Shown here: positions 8,655-18,092 of the stretch, in pieces
Layout of the letters: every line of letters starts with the position of its first letter
Numbering within the stretch: the first letter of the stretch is position 1
The notes under the pieces: generated by a model
Databases searched by the model: none
Told to the model about the DNA's origin: nothing
What the model saw: only the letters and a program-made list of their open reading frames with translations
Virus record (IMG/VR): IMGVR_UViG_3300024245_000001
Span: 5,907 to 69,906 of that record
Reading direction: 5' to 3' (one strand)
DNA from: a virus
Taxonomy: Duplodnaviria; Caudoviricetes
Length of the DNA: 64,000 bases
Position numbers and translations under genes: made by a program

Positions 8655-9647
8655 TTACGACTCCGTGTAAGACTTGTCGTAGCGGCCCTGCTTCATCATC
8701 GCGAGCTTGCGGCGGGCAAACTCCTGGGTGCCGATCGCGCGGCCGATGAGAGAGGCATCCTTGATCCTGCCGGCCGCAAGATCGTGCTTGCCCCATACGT
8801 GGGTCGCGCCGTCGTTCGCTGCGGCGACCTCGCCGGCACTCAGGCGCACCTCTTGGCCGCCGCCATTGCTTCCCACGCTTGCGCTCCCGTTGCCGCCATT
8901 GACAGGCGCCACCGGCGCCGCCGGCTTCGGTGCAGGACGCCCCGACCCGTTCGTGGCCGCGCCATTGCCGTTCGGCTTTTGCCGCAGTCCGAGATAGGTC
9001 TCGACGTGGGCGAAATATGCCGGCGTGTCGGCGACGAGCCCTTCGGCTTCCGCATCGAAATGCGCGGCCGATAGCTTCTTGCTCTTGCGCGGGTCTTCGA
9101 CCCATTCCCGATGGGCGCGCATCCAGTCCGCGGTGGGCTGGGTGAAGCGACTGACATGGTCCTCGAACACATCACCGGACCGCTGTTGTGGCTGCGGCAA
9201 TTCGGGACGCGGTGCCGCCTTCCTCGCCTCGAGATCGGCCTTGGCCTCATCGAGGCGCACGATCTTCGCTTCCGCGCTGGCGATGCGACGCTGCGCCTTG
9301 GCTGCGGCGATGAAGTCGCCCTTTTCCATACAGGAGGCATATTCGGCTTCGGCCGAAGCCGCTTCGCTCTGCGCAGCCGCGAGACCGGACGCCACCGTGT
9401 CGAGTTGGCTTTCGGCGACCTGACTGTGGGCTGCCGTCGCCTCACGACGCGCCGTATCGGCCGCTCGTGAAGCCTCATTGGCCCGCCTGCGTTCGGCGGC
9501 GAGCTCGGCGTCCTTGCGCCGCTCGGATTCCTCAAATTGAGCCTTGAGCGCGGCAACGGCATCGGCTTCCGGCTCAGTCTTCGCACCTGAAGCCGCGCCC
9601 TCGCCCTCGACAATCGTGATGATTTCGTCTTCGTCAGCCATCACCAC
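8655..9647 (-). CDS. Putative capsid scaffolding protein
   Basis: Acidic N-terminus, long Ala/Glu coiled coil, Pro-rich linker; located after portal and GroES. Confidence 0.6.
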   Translation of the reverse strand: MVMADEDEIITIVEGEGAASGAKTEPEADAVAALKAQFEESERRKDAELAAERRRANEASRAADTARREATAAHSQVAESQLDTVASGLAAAQSEAASAEAEYASCMEKGDFIAAAKAQRRIASAEAKIVRLDEAKADLEARKAAPRPELPQPQQRSGDVFEDHVSRFTQPTADWMRAHREWVEDPRKSKKLSAAHFDAEAEGLVADTPAYFAHVETYLGLRQKPNGNGAATNGSGRPAPKPAAPVAPVNGGNGSASVGSNGGGQEVRLSAGEVAAANDGATHVWGKHDLAAGRIKDASLIGRAIGTQEFARRKLAMMKQGRYDKSYTES

Positions 9648-10063
9648 ACCAGCGCGGGATCAGCCACGCGCCCCTTGATCTGCGTGTCCTCGAACAGACG
9701 GCAGGCCGTGCCGCCGTCTTTTTTGTCGACCGAAAAGAGTTCGTAGCCGTCACCGGCACGGTAGAAGACCCAATCGCCCTCCTGCACCGTCACGCCGGCA
9801 AAGGTCGCGATGTTGTCATCGACAAACGCCTTCGGACCGAGCTTGACGACGAGGCCCACCTTGCCCTGGAAACGATCTTCGGCAAGCGCATTGTCGGGAA
9901 GAAAGATGCCGCCCTTGGTCTGTTCCGGCCGGATGTAGGTCGCAACGAGGACTTGGCTGTGGAATATCTCGACCCCGGAAATATCACCAAGAGAATCGAG
10001 CAGCGCTCGCTTGGGGTCAGTCTGGGCCGCCGCGGCGACCTCGCGAAGCTTGGCACGGGCCAT
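9641..10063 (-). CDS. groES: Phage co-chaperonin GroES-like protein
   Basis: VLVATYIRPEQTKGGIFLP (mobile loop), GLVVKLGP, VQEGDWVFY. Confidence 0.8.
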   Translation of the reverse strand: MARAKLREVAAAAQTDPKRALLDSLGDISGVEIFHSQVLVATYIRPEQTKGGIFLPDNALAEDRFQGKVGLVVKLGPKAFVDDNIATFAGVTVQEGDWVFYRAGDGYELFSVDKKDGGTACRLFEDTQIKGRVADPALVW

Positions 10064-10066
10064 GGG

Positions 10067-10324
10067 TTATCGTTGATCCTTTTCGATTTCATCAAGAAAC
10101 GTCAGCGCGTCGTTCATCCCGAGAATGCGGCCAACGCGCTTTTGATAGTCCGGCCAGTCCTGCGCAAAGCCGGACGCCAGTTGAGAGCACTGATTGGCGA
10201 TCTCAGTCTTGAGGCGCGCTCGGAGAGAGCGTTGGGCCTGCGGGGATTCGACCGCGAAGAAATGGACGGGATCGCCGCCGTTCGGGATATAGGTGATACC
10301 GCCAGCCGTGCCAAGCGCCATCAC
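10067..10324 (-). CDS. Hypothetical protein, 85 aa
   Basis: Operonic; helical C-terminus. Confidence 0.6.
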   Translation of the reverse strand: MMALGTAGGITYIPNGGDPVHFFAVESPQAQRSLRARLKTEIANQCSQLASGFAQDWPDYQKRVGRILGMNDALTFLDEIEKDQR

Positions 10325-11172
10325 CGCGCCCCGTTCACTTCATGCGCGGGGGCATGATAGTTCTTCGCCGCCCGCCGTTCCTTGAACAGGCGCGCCTCGC
10401 CCCCGCCGGAACCGGACGGAAGATGCGGAGCCATCTGCGCGCCCGGTTTGCCGTTGGAGAACACCGCACCGCCGGTCTTGTAGGTGATCACCTTACCCCG
10501 GCCGATGTCCTTGCCGTCGTCCTTGCCGTCCCGGTGCTGGACCTGCGTGCCGTTGCGCAAGCCTTCCTTCCAGGTCGGTCCCGACTTGACAGCACCGCCG
10601 GAGGCGTAAGCAGCCCCTCCGCTGTGATGCGGCATCGGAGGCGGCATGCCGGGAGGACCACCGGGGGCACCGCCAGGAGGCGGCATCGGAGGAGCAAGCG
10701 CCCGGGGCGGCGGAACGGGGGGGACGGCCGCCCCGGGCATCGGGCCGAGGCCCGCATGGCCGCCTTGCGGGGCCACGATCACGTTGACGCTGGTATGGCC
10801 CTTGCCCTTGTGGACGCGCCCGCCCTTGGCGCGAAGCACGGCCTTCGATGTGCGGTGCGCAGCTGCTTCACGCGCCTCCTGCGCCGCCTGACTGTCAGAA
10901 ACCAAATCTGCAACGCCACGATTTCCGGTATCCGCCACGCCGCCAGCCTTGCGCTTTGGCCGGTCCTGGCGATGCTTGCCCTTGTGGCCATCGGCCTTGA
11001 GGGACGAGGACTTGACCATGCGTTTCACCATGGCCTTGTCTTCGGCTTCATCGCCATGAACGGCTCCGCCGGTGGCATAGCAGCGCCCGCCGGAGCCGTG
11101 GCCGCCGGTGATGTGGCCGACACGGCGTTCCTGCACCTTATGGTCACGGTGTTCGTTGTGGGGGTGACTCAT
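10321..11172 (-). CDS. Basic, low-complexity His/Gly/Pro-rich protein with five or six xxxGGxV motifs; likely virion-internal
   Basis: Start reassigned to MSHPHN (11172). Motifs YATGGAV, RKAGGVA, RAKGGRV, YASGGAV, YKTGGAV. Confidence 0.65.
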   Translation of the reverse strand: MSHPHNEHRDHKVQERRVGHITGGHGSGGRCYATGGAVHGDEAEDKAMVKRMVKSSSLKADGHKGKHRQDRPKRKAGGVADTGNRGVADLVSDSQAAQEAREAAAHRTSKAVLRAKGGRVHKGKGHTSVNVIVAPQGGHAGLGPMPGAAVPPVPPPRALAPPMPPPGGAPGGPPGMPPPMPHHSGGAAYASGGAVKSGPTWKEGLRNGTQVQHRDGKDDGKDIGRGKVITYKTGGAVFSNGKPGAQMAPHLPSGSGGGEARLFKERRAAKNYHAPAHEVNGAR

Positions 11173-11366
11173 TTTGCTTCTCCGTAAGTAGCAAACCCTT
11201 TTTGGACCGCATACCAAAGGTATGGATTGTCTCGGATCGCCTTCATTTCCCGCATCGACAACGGAATCAAGGATCCAGCGTCGTGATCGGCTTGTGCCTT
11301 TCGTAGGGCGGCATCTAAATCCGCATCGCTCCAGCCACGCCACCAATCACTCAAGCGAGACATCAC
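11169..11366 (-). CDS. Hypothetical protein, 65 aa
   Basis: ATGA overlaps with portal and with the downstream gene. Confidence 0.5.
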   Translation of the reverse strand: MMSRLSDWWRGWSDADLDAALRKAQADHDAGSLIPLSMREMKAIRDNPYLWYAVQKGFATYGEAK

Positions 11367-13615
11367 TTTTTCCCTTTCGGCTTGGTCGGCTTCGGCTCCG
11401 GCTTCGTCGCCTCGAATTGATTCAGTTCATGTTCCCGTTCGGCCATCTGCATGTCGTGCGCGGCCGTCGTTACATCCAGCGCGTGTTTCTGCTGTTCGAG
11501 ACCGTGCCGCTGTTGCTCCAATCCGTGGTCGCGCAATGCCGACTCGCGATCGGACGCGACCTGGTGCATTTCGCGCACGAGATCGCCGCGATGAATTACC
11601 TCTTCGCGTTGCAGATTGAGGCCGGCAATGCGCTCCTGCGAGGATATTTCAGCCGCTTTGAGCGTCGCGTCAGCCCCGGACGACTGCGCATCGACCGCAT
11701 TCTTCTGCGCCCCGGTCTGCGCCTTGATCATATTGGCTTGCGCAGCAAGCATCTTCGCCGGATCGGGCGGGGGTCCACCCGCCTGCGGGGGCGGGTCGAC
11801 GATCAGCCCGTTGGGATCATCGCGCAGCGCTCGGATGCACCGCGTCGCAATCTCTTTCCCCGACAGAAACTCGCCGACACCTGGCGTCTGTTTCAACTGC
11901 ACCAGCCCCCACGCCTTCATGATCCGGTGAATGTGGCTCGGCGTATTCGGATCGGCGCGCGGGATCAGCTTCTTGTCATTGAACGCCGCAGTCAGCTTGT
12001 CCGCGTCCCAGAAACCTTCCGGCGCCACGTCATTTGAGCGCCAAAAATCCTCCGGATGCCGGCGGAACAGCTTGATCAGCAGTTCCATTTCGTCCTTGAG
12101 CGCAACCACCATGTCCTTGTGCGAGGCGGACATGATCTTGGTGGCCTGCTCGATCTGGGCGAGCATGGTGCCGACCGGGACGTTCTGGAGGCCCTCCCCG
12201 ACCGGAACCTCGACGCTGCCTGACAACTCCTTGGCTTGCGCGCTGATCGCCTCGCGCATACTCATGAGGCCGGGCGTCACGTCCCGGTAGGGCATCGGCA
12301 TGACCATCTGATTGATGGCCATATTGCCGTTAGGGTCGATCGGCATGAACTCGCCAGGGCCAACCCGGAAATTCGAGGTGTTTTGCCGGCTCGCCCCCTT
12401 GAGCACGAGCCCGCCGGGGAAACTCGCAAACATCCCGGCATCGAGCCCTTCGCGGTCGACCGCGGTGAGGGCCGCCGACGAATTGCCGAGCATGTTGAGC
12501 ATGCCGGTGCCATAGAACCCAGGACCGGGCACCAGCGGGAATTTGACATACATCCGCGTGCGCTGGCACTCGGCATCGTCCTCGTCCCAATCACGACGAA
12601 GATTGAGGATTTCCCGAGAATCCTTGTCGAGGGTGACGAGATAGGGAAGCGGGATGCCCTCGTCCTTGAACTTGCCCGGCGCGTATTCCGGCAGGTCCAG
12701 CTCGCACTGGGTTTCCCATAGCGTATAGGGCTGATCCTCGGGGCGATCTGGATTGACCTTGACGCCCTGGATGCCAGCAATCTTCTGATCAACCGTGTTC
12801 GGCGTCGGGTTAGGCTGCGTCAACGTCACATCGCGGTAGGCGCCGAGCAGCATCATGCGCTTCATCACCGAGGGGCGCATGGTGATCTGGTGGGTGATCC
12901 GTCCGCAGGATCGGAAATCCTTGCTGGTATCGGATACAATCAAGTCCTTGGCGTCGACCGATTCCGACACGGGACGACGCCGCATCGGGCAGCGGTAGAC
13001 CTTCTTGAACCCGGAACCGCCGAAATAGGTGCCCCACAAGATCATGTGCGAGGTGTCGGGGTAATATTCCGGCGCTCCCGTGGTGTAGTACCAGTTCATA
13101 TCGCGCTCAAGGGCATCGGCGAGATCGTCCTCCGGGACCGTCTCGTCGCCCTCGACTTCGATCTTGACCGGACCTTCCGCCGGCAACAACTCCGCCCTTG
13201 CATTGGCCCAGCCCTTGAGGATGGCCTCCAGCAGCAACGGATTGGTGACGCTGGACATCCCCTCGCTCGAGGACGATGTATCGCCGACCGTGGCCTTGGG
13301 TTCCTCGAGCTTTAGGCCGAGCAGATCAAGCCCGCGGGCGCGGGTCGTGAGATATTGCGAGCGTGAATTGTCGTCCGCCGTGATCGCGTCGTGGAGTTCA
13401 TTGGCGATCTTGGATAGCGTATTGGGGTCGATCTTGAGCGCCAGATTGGCATAGTGGTCGGCTTCCGGAGGCTTCGGCCGATGGTCGGACAGCGACACGA
13501 TGACATCGCCGTTGGCCTCGCGCTGTTCGAGCGCGCCGGTCTCGGAATCGATATGGATGGTGTTGTTGTCGTCGTCATCCTCGATGTGGACGACGATGGG
13601 GGCGGCGTCAGCCAT
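11363..13615 (-). CDS. Portal protein
   Basis: 750 aa, just downstream of terL. G..FKKVY motif, PGPGFYG.G motif, coiled-coil C-terminal barrel as in P22-like portals. Confidence 0.85.
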   Translation of the reverse strand: MADAAPIVVHIEDDDDNNTIHIDSETGALEQREANGDVIVSLSDHRPKPPEADHYANLALKIDPNTLSKIANELHDAITADDNSRSQYLTTRARGLDLLGLKLEEPKATVGDTSSSSEGMSSVTNPLLLEAILKGWANARAELLPAEGPVKIEVEGDETVPEDDLADALERDMNWYYTTGAPEYYPDTSHMILWGTYFGGSGFKKVYRCPMRRRPVSESVDAKDLIVSDTSKDFRSCGRITHQITMRPSVMKRMMLLGAYRDVTLTQPNPTPNTVDQKIAGIQGVKVNPDRPEDQPYTLWETQCELDLPEYAPGKFKDEGIPLPYLVTLDKDSREILNLRRDWDEDDAECQRTRMYVKFPLVPGPGFYGTGMLNMLGNSSAALTAVDREGLDAGMFASFPGGLVLKGASRQNTSNFRVGPGEFMPIDPNGNMAINQMVMPMPYRDVTPGLMSMREAISAQAKELSGSVEVPVGEGLQNVPVGTMLAQIEQATKIMSASHKDMVVALKDEMELLIKLFRRHPEDFWRSNDVAPEGFWDADKLTAAFNDKKLIPRADPNTPSHIHRIMKAWGLVQLKQTPGVGEFLSGKEIATRCIRALRDDPNGLIVDPPPQAGGPPPDPAKMLAAQANMIKAQTGAQKNAVDAQSSGADATLKAAEISSQERIAGLNLQREEVIHRGDLVREMHQVASDRESALRDHGLEQQRHGLEQQKHALDVTTAAHDMQMAEREHELNQFEATKPEPKPTKPKGKK

Positions 13616-13859
13616 TTACGGGCTTCGGCTCATTGCGCGGCAGGTCTTTGGTGATCTCTCGGAACGTCTTTACCTCGACGAATCCGGAGACCGAACGCAA
13701 CAACTTGATTTCAGCGACAAGCTTGTCGATTTTCTCGCGCGCTCGCAAGAATTGACGAGCCAGCACCGAAAGATCGCCATCGGGATCGACCGCACCAAAC
13801 CGATCGGCGCGGTCAAGCACCTTGTTTGCAAGAGCGACGGCGTGCTCAGTCTCGCTCAC
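13608..13859 (-). CDS. Hypothetical protein
   Basis: GTG start overlapping the upstream TGA; start reassigned from 13931. Confidence 0.45.
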   Translation of the reverse strand: MSETEHAVALANKVLDRADRFGAVDPDGDLSVLARQFLRAREKIDKLVAEIKLLRSVSGFVEVKTFREITKDLPRNEPKPVNG

Positions 13860-14122
13860 TTCGACCTCACAATCCGCGGCTTCTTGTCCTCGAACATCGC
13901 CGCATGAATCTTCATCTTGAGATCGTCGCACCCGATGTTGAGCGCGCCGCCGTTCTTACCCGCCATCACCGTGGCAATGCCGTCATCCATGCAAACGACG
14001 ATCGCGACCGAGGAGATGCGGCCCTTGACGGCCTCCTCCAATGCGTCGGTGAGGACATCGACGCAGTTCTGCTGCATTTCATCGAGTGGCTTGGAGACGG
14101 GGAGGATGATGGAGGAGGTCAT
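13856..14122 (-). CDS. Hypothetical protein, 88 aa
   Basis: ATGA overlap with the HNH gene. Confidence 0.6.
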   Translation of the reverse strand: MTSSIILPVSKPLDEMQQNCVDVLTDALEEAVKGRISSVAIVVCMDDGIATVMAGKNGGALNIGCDDLKMKIHAAMFEDKKPRIVRSK

Positions 14123-14628
14123 GCAACCCTCGCAAAATCGCCGAATGCCTCAGTCGCGGCCCTCGCGTATGCTGCCGAGGCTTCCTCTAGCGTGCCAAAA
14201 GTTCCAATATGGCGTCCCTTCAGACGCGCCCTAAATCTTCCGATTTTCGTCCTCTCAACACCCTTGACGCCCAATGCGCTGTCAGCACGGACACGTTGAT
14301 TGGCGCGCTGAAGCGAAAACGTAGCTTCTCTCAAATTTTCTAAACGGTTGTCGTCTCGACACATATTTTTGTGGTCAATTTGACCAATAGGCCATGAACC
14401 ATGCACATAGAACCACGCAAGTCTGTGCGCGCTATAGACGTAACCATCAATGCCGATTTGGCGATGACCATGCCTATCAAGTTGGCCAGCCGCAACTCCC
14501 ACCTTTACTTTGCCACCGAATGAATTCTTTTCAATTTTCCAGGTAAACACCCCAGTGAGCGGATCATAGGAAAGACATGCCAGAAGGCGACTATGTGTCA
14601 GGCCGTTCCGCCGCTCACCAAATCTCAT
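14119..14628 (-). CDS. HNH homing endonuclease with AP2-like C-terminus
   Basis: LSYDPLTGVFTW, AHRLAWFY, IDHKN...DNRLENLR, GVKGV...FRARL...HIGTF. Confidence 0.9.
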   Translation of the reverse strand: MRFGERRNGLTHSRLLACLSYDPLTGVFTWKIEKNSFGGKVKVGVAAGQLDRHGHRQIGIDGYVYSAHRLAWFYVHGSWPIGQIDHKNMCRDDNRLENLREATFSLQRANQRVRADSALGVKGVERTKIGRFRARLKGRHIGTFGTLEEASAAYARAATEAFGDFARVA

Positions 14629-14638
14629 ATAATCTCCT

Positions 14639-16396
14639 TCAGCAAGGATAGATCGCTCGCGGTCTCGGTCGATGCGTCACGGCCTCGGTTTCTGCCGCCG
14701 CCGCCTCGTCATCGCTCTGCGCCAGGCCGATCCCCCGCAGATAATTGATCGCCTGCGTCGCAGAATCGGTCAGATCGTCATAGCGGGCCTTGGGAAAGGT
14801 TGCCATTTCATCGATCACCATGTCGGCCCATTCCCGCGCTGGAGCGTAAACCATGCCCTGCGAGAATGTCGGCTGCGCCGCAAGTGCCCGCGCCACCTTG
14901 TCGCCCTTGACCGGGCAAAGCGAGATCGCCCAACCCTCGCGGCCGTGGCGGTTCTGAAGTTCCTGCCCCGCAGAAATACCGGAGGCCTTGGCCTCGATCA
15001 GCACCGTATGAACCTGAAACCGCCGACAGGTATCGGCGATCCATTCCACCATGCCCCAGTTCGGCATGCCGCGGCGACGATAGGCTTCGGTGGTCTCATT
15101 CGGCAGCCGGTCGAGCTTCGGTGCCGAGAACTTGAGATGCTTGCGCCAAGCGTGCAGGAGAATGATCCGTCGCCGGCCATGCTCGTTGCGGAACACACCC
15201 CACACCGTAAGGCCGGTCGGGTCGTTTTCTTCCTTCTCGGTGAAGGCACCGTCGACCGACGCAACCTTGTAGTCGAGCTCGGGAAACCGTCCATCCGGAG
15301 GATCCCACAACTGCCACCAGTCGCGTTGGAAGATGCCGCCGCCGCGGGGAGCGGGGCTCTGCTGGTATTGCGAAGCCCAGGCGTAGGGGCCGACCTCGGC
15401 CTTGGTGCGGGCGAGCGCGGTCTCGGAAAACCGCTCAGGCCAAGCCAATTCCCCATCGCAGGCATCAGGACCGTCCGCATCATACCGCGGATCGGTCCAT
15501 CCGATAGCTGTGGCGATTGGCCGCCCGCGCTCGTCGGTCTGCCGACCCCAGTCGTACTCCATCGGGATCAACAGATGGACGTAATCAAGCCCAAGATCGA
15601 GGATAACCCCAGAGACATCATCCTCATGCACCCGCTGCATGATGATGATCAGCGCGCCGGTCTCAAGATCGTTGAACCGCGAACTCAGCGACTCCCGGAA
15701 CCACCGGACGGTTTCGCCGCGGACCTGTTCGGATTCGGATTCCTTGACGTTGTGGGGGTCGTCGAGGATAACGCGGTCGCCGCGCTCTCCGGTTCCCACC
15801 CCGCCCACCGAAGAGGCGAACTTCCATCCGGTTCGGCTGTTGATGACCTTGATGATGGTTTTGTTGCGAACTTCCAGCCGATCTCCGTAAAGAGACCGGA
15901 AAGCCTCGCTCGAAATGAGATCGCGGAATCGCCCATTGTCGCGTTCCGTTAGGCTCGCCGAGTAGGAAAAGGTGACATAGCGCAGATGCGGCTTATTGCA
16001 GGCGCCCCATTCCCATGCCGGCCAGAAGCAATCAACGATGATGCTCTTGGCGAAGCCGGGAGGAACATTGATCAGGAGCCGGGTGATTTCCCCGAAGGTG
16101 ACGGCTTCAAGATGCTCGCAGACCGCCCACAGCGCCCAGCCATCAACGAACTTGGTCTCCGGCTCGAGCACACGCCAGAAGTACCGCACGAAGGCGATCA
16201 ATCCGCCTTGGCGCACCCCATTCTCGTCATACCATCCCCGCCGGCCTTGGTTGCGCCGCTCCTCCCGCCGCTCTGCCTCCTGCAGGCGAGCGAGGAAATC
16301 CTCCATCTCCCGGCGCGAAACACCCTCGGCCTTCGCCCCGGTCAGCGCAATGGCACCCCCGACAGCGCCACCAAGAAATGACCTTCGATCCACCAT
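14639..16396 (-). CDS. terL: Terminase large subunit
   Basis: LLINVPPGFAKS (Walker A), VILDDPH (Walker B), LIIIMQR, YQQSP, DGAF, and a C-terminal RNase H-like FP...DDLTDS. Confidence 0.95.
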   Translation of the reverse strand: MVDRRSFLGGAVGGAIALTGAKAEGVSRREMEDFLARLQEAERREERRNQGRRGWYDENGVRQGGLIAFVRYFWRVLEPETKFVDGWALWAVCEHLEAVTFGEITRLLINVPPGFAKSIIVDCFWPAWEWGACNKPHLRYVTFSYSASLTERDNGRFRDLISSEAFRSLYGDRLEVRNKTIIKVINSRTGWKFASSVGGVGTGERGDRVILDDPHNVKESESEQVRGETVRWFRESLSSRFNDLETGALIIIMQRVHEDDVSGVILDLGLDYVHLLIPMEYDWGRQTDERGRPIATAIGWTDPRYDADGPDACDGELAWPERFSETALARTKAEVGPYAWASQYQQSPAPRGGGIFQRDWWQLWDPPDGRFPELDYKVASVDGAFTEKEENDPTGLTVWGVFRNEHGRRRIILLHAWRKHLKFSAPKLDRLPNETTEAYRRRGMPNWGMVEWIADTCRRFQVHTVLIEAKASGISAGQELQNRHGREGWAISLCPVKGDKVARALAAQPTFSQGMVYAPAREWADMVIDEMATFPKARYDDLTDSATQAINYLRGIGLAQSDDEAAAAETEAVTHRPRPRAIYPC

Positions 16397-16399
16397 CGA

Positions 16400-16633
16400 T
16401 CACTTTACTTTGGCTTCGGCCCGCCGACGGTACCACGTGCGCTCCGACATTCCCGCCGCGAGCCACGGTCTGGATGGAGCGGGCTCGCCAATCCGAGGAC
16501 GACCGCGTTTCCGCAACTGCGATGGGAGAGGGTCCGTTATCTCGACACACGGATTAGTGAGAGTGGCGACGCACCGATGAGCACGCCCGACCATGGCATA
16601 AAGAGCGCGGCAATTGGGACACCGATCGGCCAT
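16400..16633 (-). CDS. Small DNA-binding-type protein
   Basis: AT-hook-like KRGRPR and C-terminal GMSERTWYRR helix. Confidence 0.5.
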   Translation of the reverse strand: MADRCPNCRALYAMVGRAHRCVATLTNPCVEITDPLPSQLRKRGRPRIGEPAPSRPWLAAGMSERTWYRRRAEAKVK

Positions 16634-16663
16634 GGCGGGATATTGGCAGGATATTGGCAGTCG

Positions 16664-17179
16664 TCAACTCACTTCCTCAGTTGCATCGCCATCTATCGTC
16701 TTCGACCGCAAATCCTCTAGCCTGCGAACCGCGGAGCCAGCATCAAACCCGAGCTTTGCCGCCTGCTCCACCAGCTTGGCGTAGAATGTCTCGTCATCCT
16801 CGGCGCTCAATGGCGTCTTGGCTGTATCCACCATATAGCGGTCGCCGTATCTGTCCGGCGCCATCTTGGCCGCACGCCACATCCGACCGGAAATCCTTAC
16901 CTTGACGGCGTGGGCATTTTCAGCCGTACACCCCTCAATGTCCTTGGCAATCAGGTGATCTTGATAGTCGCCGCATCTCGCACGCGCACGCGCGCACTGT
17001 GTCTTGAATTCCTGACGCTCATCCTGCCAGCGATAAATTGTGGCCCGTGAGGGCATTGCGGGGTCATTGCCGATATCCACAAGGCTTTCGCCATTGCTGT
17101 GGCGCTCGCAGATTTCGTCGGCTAATTCCTGGGTGAATTGAGAGGGGCGGCCAATTTTTTTGATTTCGACTGTTGACAT
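16664..17179 (-). CDS. terS: Terminase small subunit (Sf6/P22-like)
   Basis: GRPSQFTQELADEICE..SNGESL..I...MPSRATIYRW, then R..W.AAKMAP.RYGDR. Confidence 0.85.
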   Translation of the reverse strand: MSTVEIKKIGRPSQFTQELADEICERHSNGESLVDIGNDPAMPSRATIYRWQDERQEFKTQCARARARCGDYQDHLIAKDIEGCTAENAHAVKVRISGRMWRAAKMAPDRYGDRYMVDTAKTPLSAEDDETFYAKLVEQAAKLGFDAGSAVRRLEDLRSKTIDGDATEEVS

Positions 17180-17201
17180 GTCCGCCCCATTGTCCTATAT
17201 T
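17173..17201 (+). promoter_or_regulatory. Sigma70-like promoter for the plus-strand gene pair
   Basis: TTGACA (17173-78), 17-bp spacer, TATATT (17196-201). Confidence 0.6.
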
Positions 17202-17251
17202 CGTAGGTGTCGGACGGGATTGGCCCGGACCGCAGAGAGGGGAGACCTCAG

Positions 17252-17509
17252 ATGAACAACCTTCCGAAGCTTTCCGCCCGCGCCCAAAAGGCCCTTGATA
17301 TTCTGGCCGATGGCGGCGAGTTCGTGTGCCGCTTGGAGCGCAATGGGTACACCGGACGCGAGCAGTTCGCTTACCGGCTCCTAAAGGAAGGCCGCGCCAT
17401 CCGTGGCGTCGGTCTGGCCGCCTTCTACGAGATCAAGGACAAGTTCTTGACGGTGGCGGCTGGCGGGACCTCGGTTTCCACTTACTACAAACTCCGCACC
17501 CAAGATTAA
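17252..17509 (+). CDS. Hypothetical protein (moron-like, antisense to late genes)
   Basis: GGGGAG ribosome-binding site before ATG 17252. Confidence 0.6.
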   Translation: MNNLPKLSARAQKALDILADGGEFVCRLERNGYTGREQFAYRLLKEGRAIRGVGLAAFYEIKDKFLTVAAGGTSVSTYYKLRTQD

Positions 17510-17559
17510 CCGGGGCGCTTCGGCGCCCCACCATTCACAACCGCGCACAAGGCACCGAA

Positions 17560-17925
17560 ATGACCCCCACAGGAAGATTGGAGAGGATAAAGAACCACAG
17601 GGCTGGGGAACTCTTGACCGACACCGACCTCATCACCCGCTACGGCCGCGCCCTATGGGGCGATCGCTGGCAGTCCGAAATGGCCAGAGCCCTCGGCGTC
17701 CACAAGGACACCGTACAGGACTGGAAGCAGGGCCGCATGAACCCGCGGCCCGGAGTGTGGGAAGACTTGCGCGAGATAGCTGGCAATCGACTCGTTGAGA
17801 TACTTTCCCCCCTGAAATCGGAAGAACGACTCGATGTCTTCTCCCATGTCTTTACCCAGTATTGCCGGCACTGCGGGGACGAACAGCCGAAGCATGGCAG
17901 TTGCCAATGCTGGAACGACGAATAA
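17560..17925 (+). CDS. XRE-like HTH protein with C-terminal CxxC...CxC
   Basis: WQSEMARALGVHKDTVQDWKQG helix-turn-helix; start reassigned to 17560. Confidence 0.65.
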   Translation: MTPTGRLERIKNHRAGELLTDTDLITRYGRALWGDRWQSEMARALGVHKDTVQDWKQGRMNPRPGVWEDLREIAGNRLVEILSPLKSEERLDVFSHVFTQYCRHCGDEQPKHGSCQCWNDE

Positions 17926-18092
17926 GAGTTTGCGAGATCGCCAAGGCGCGGTTCGCGGAGATCAGGGCGCTGTTGTGAATACTTCCCCCGGCCGAGGCCC
18001 ATTTTTGGCCTCAAGGCCCAAACCGTCCTAGTCATGACGGCGGCGGTGATCGCCCTTCCTGATGGCAAGGCCGCAAAACACCGCTTTTGCCC

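Noticed and set aside
7719-9647. Major capsid protein call for the 215-aa or 330-aa ORF
   Set aside because: Coiled-coil or low-complexity composition and size do not fit an HK97 fold; the capsid gene is probably outside the window.
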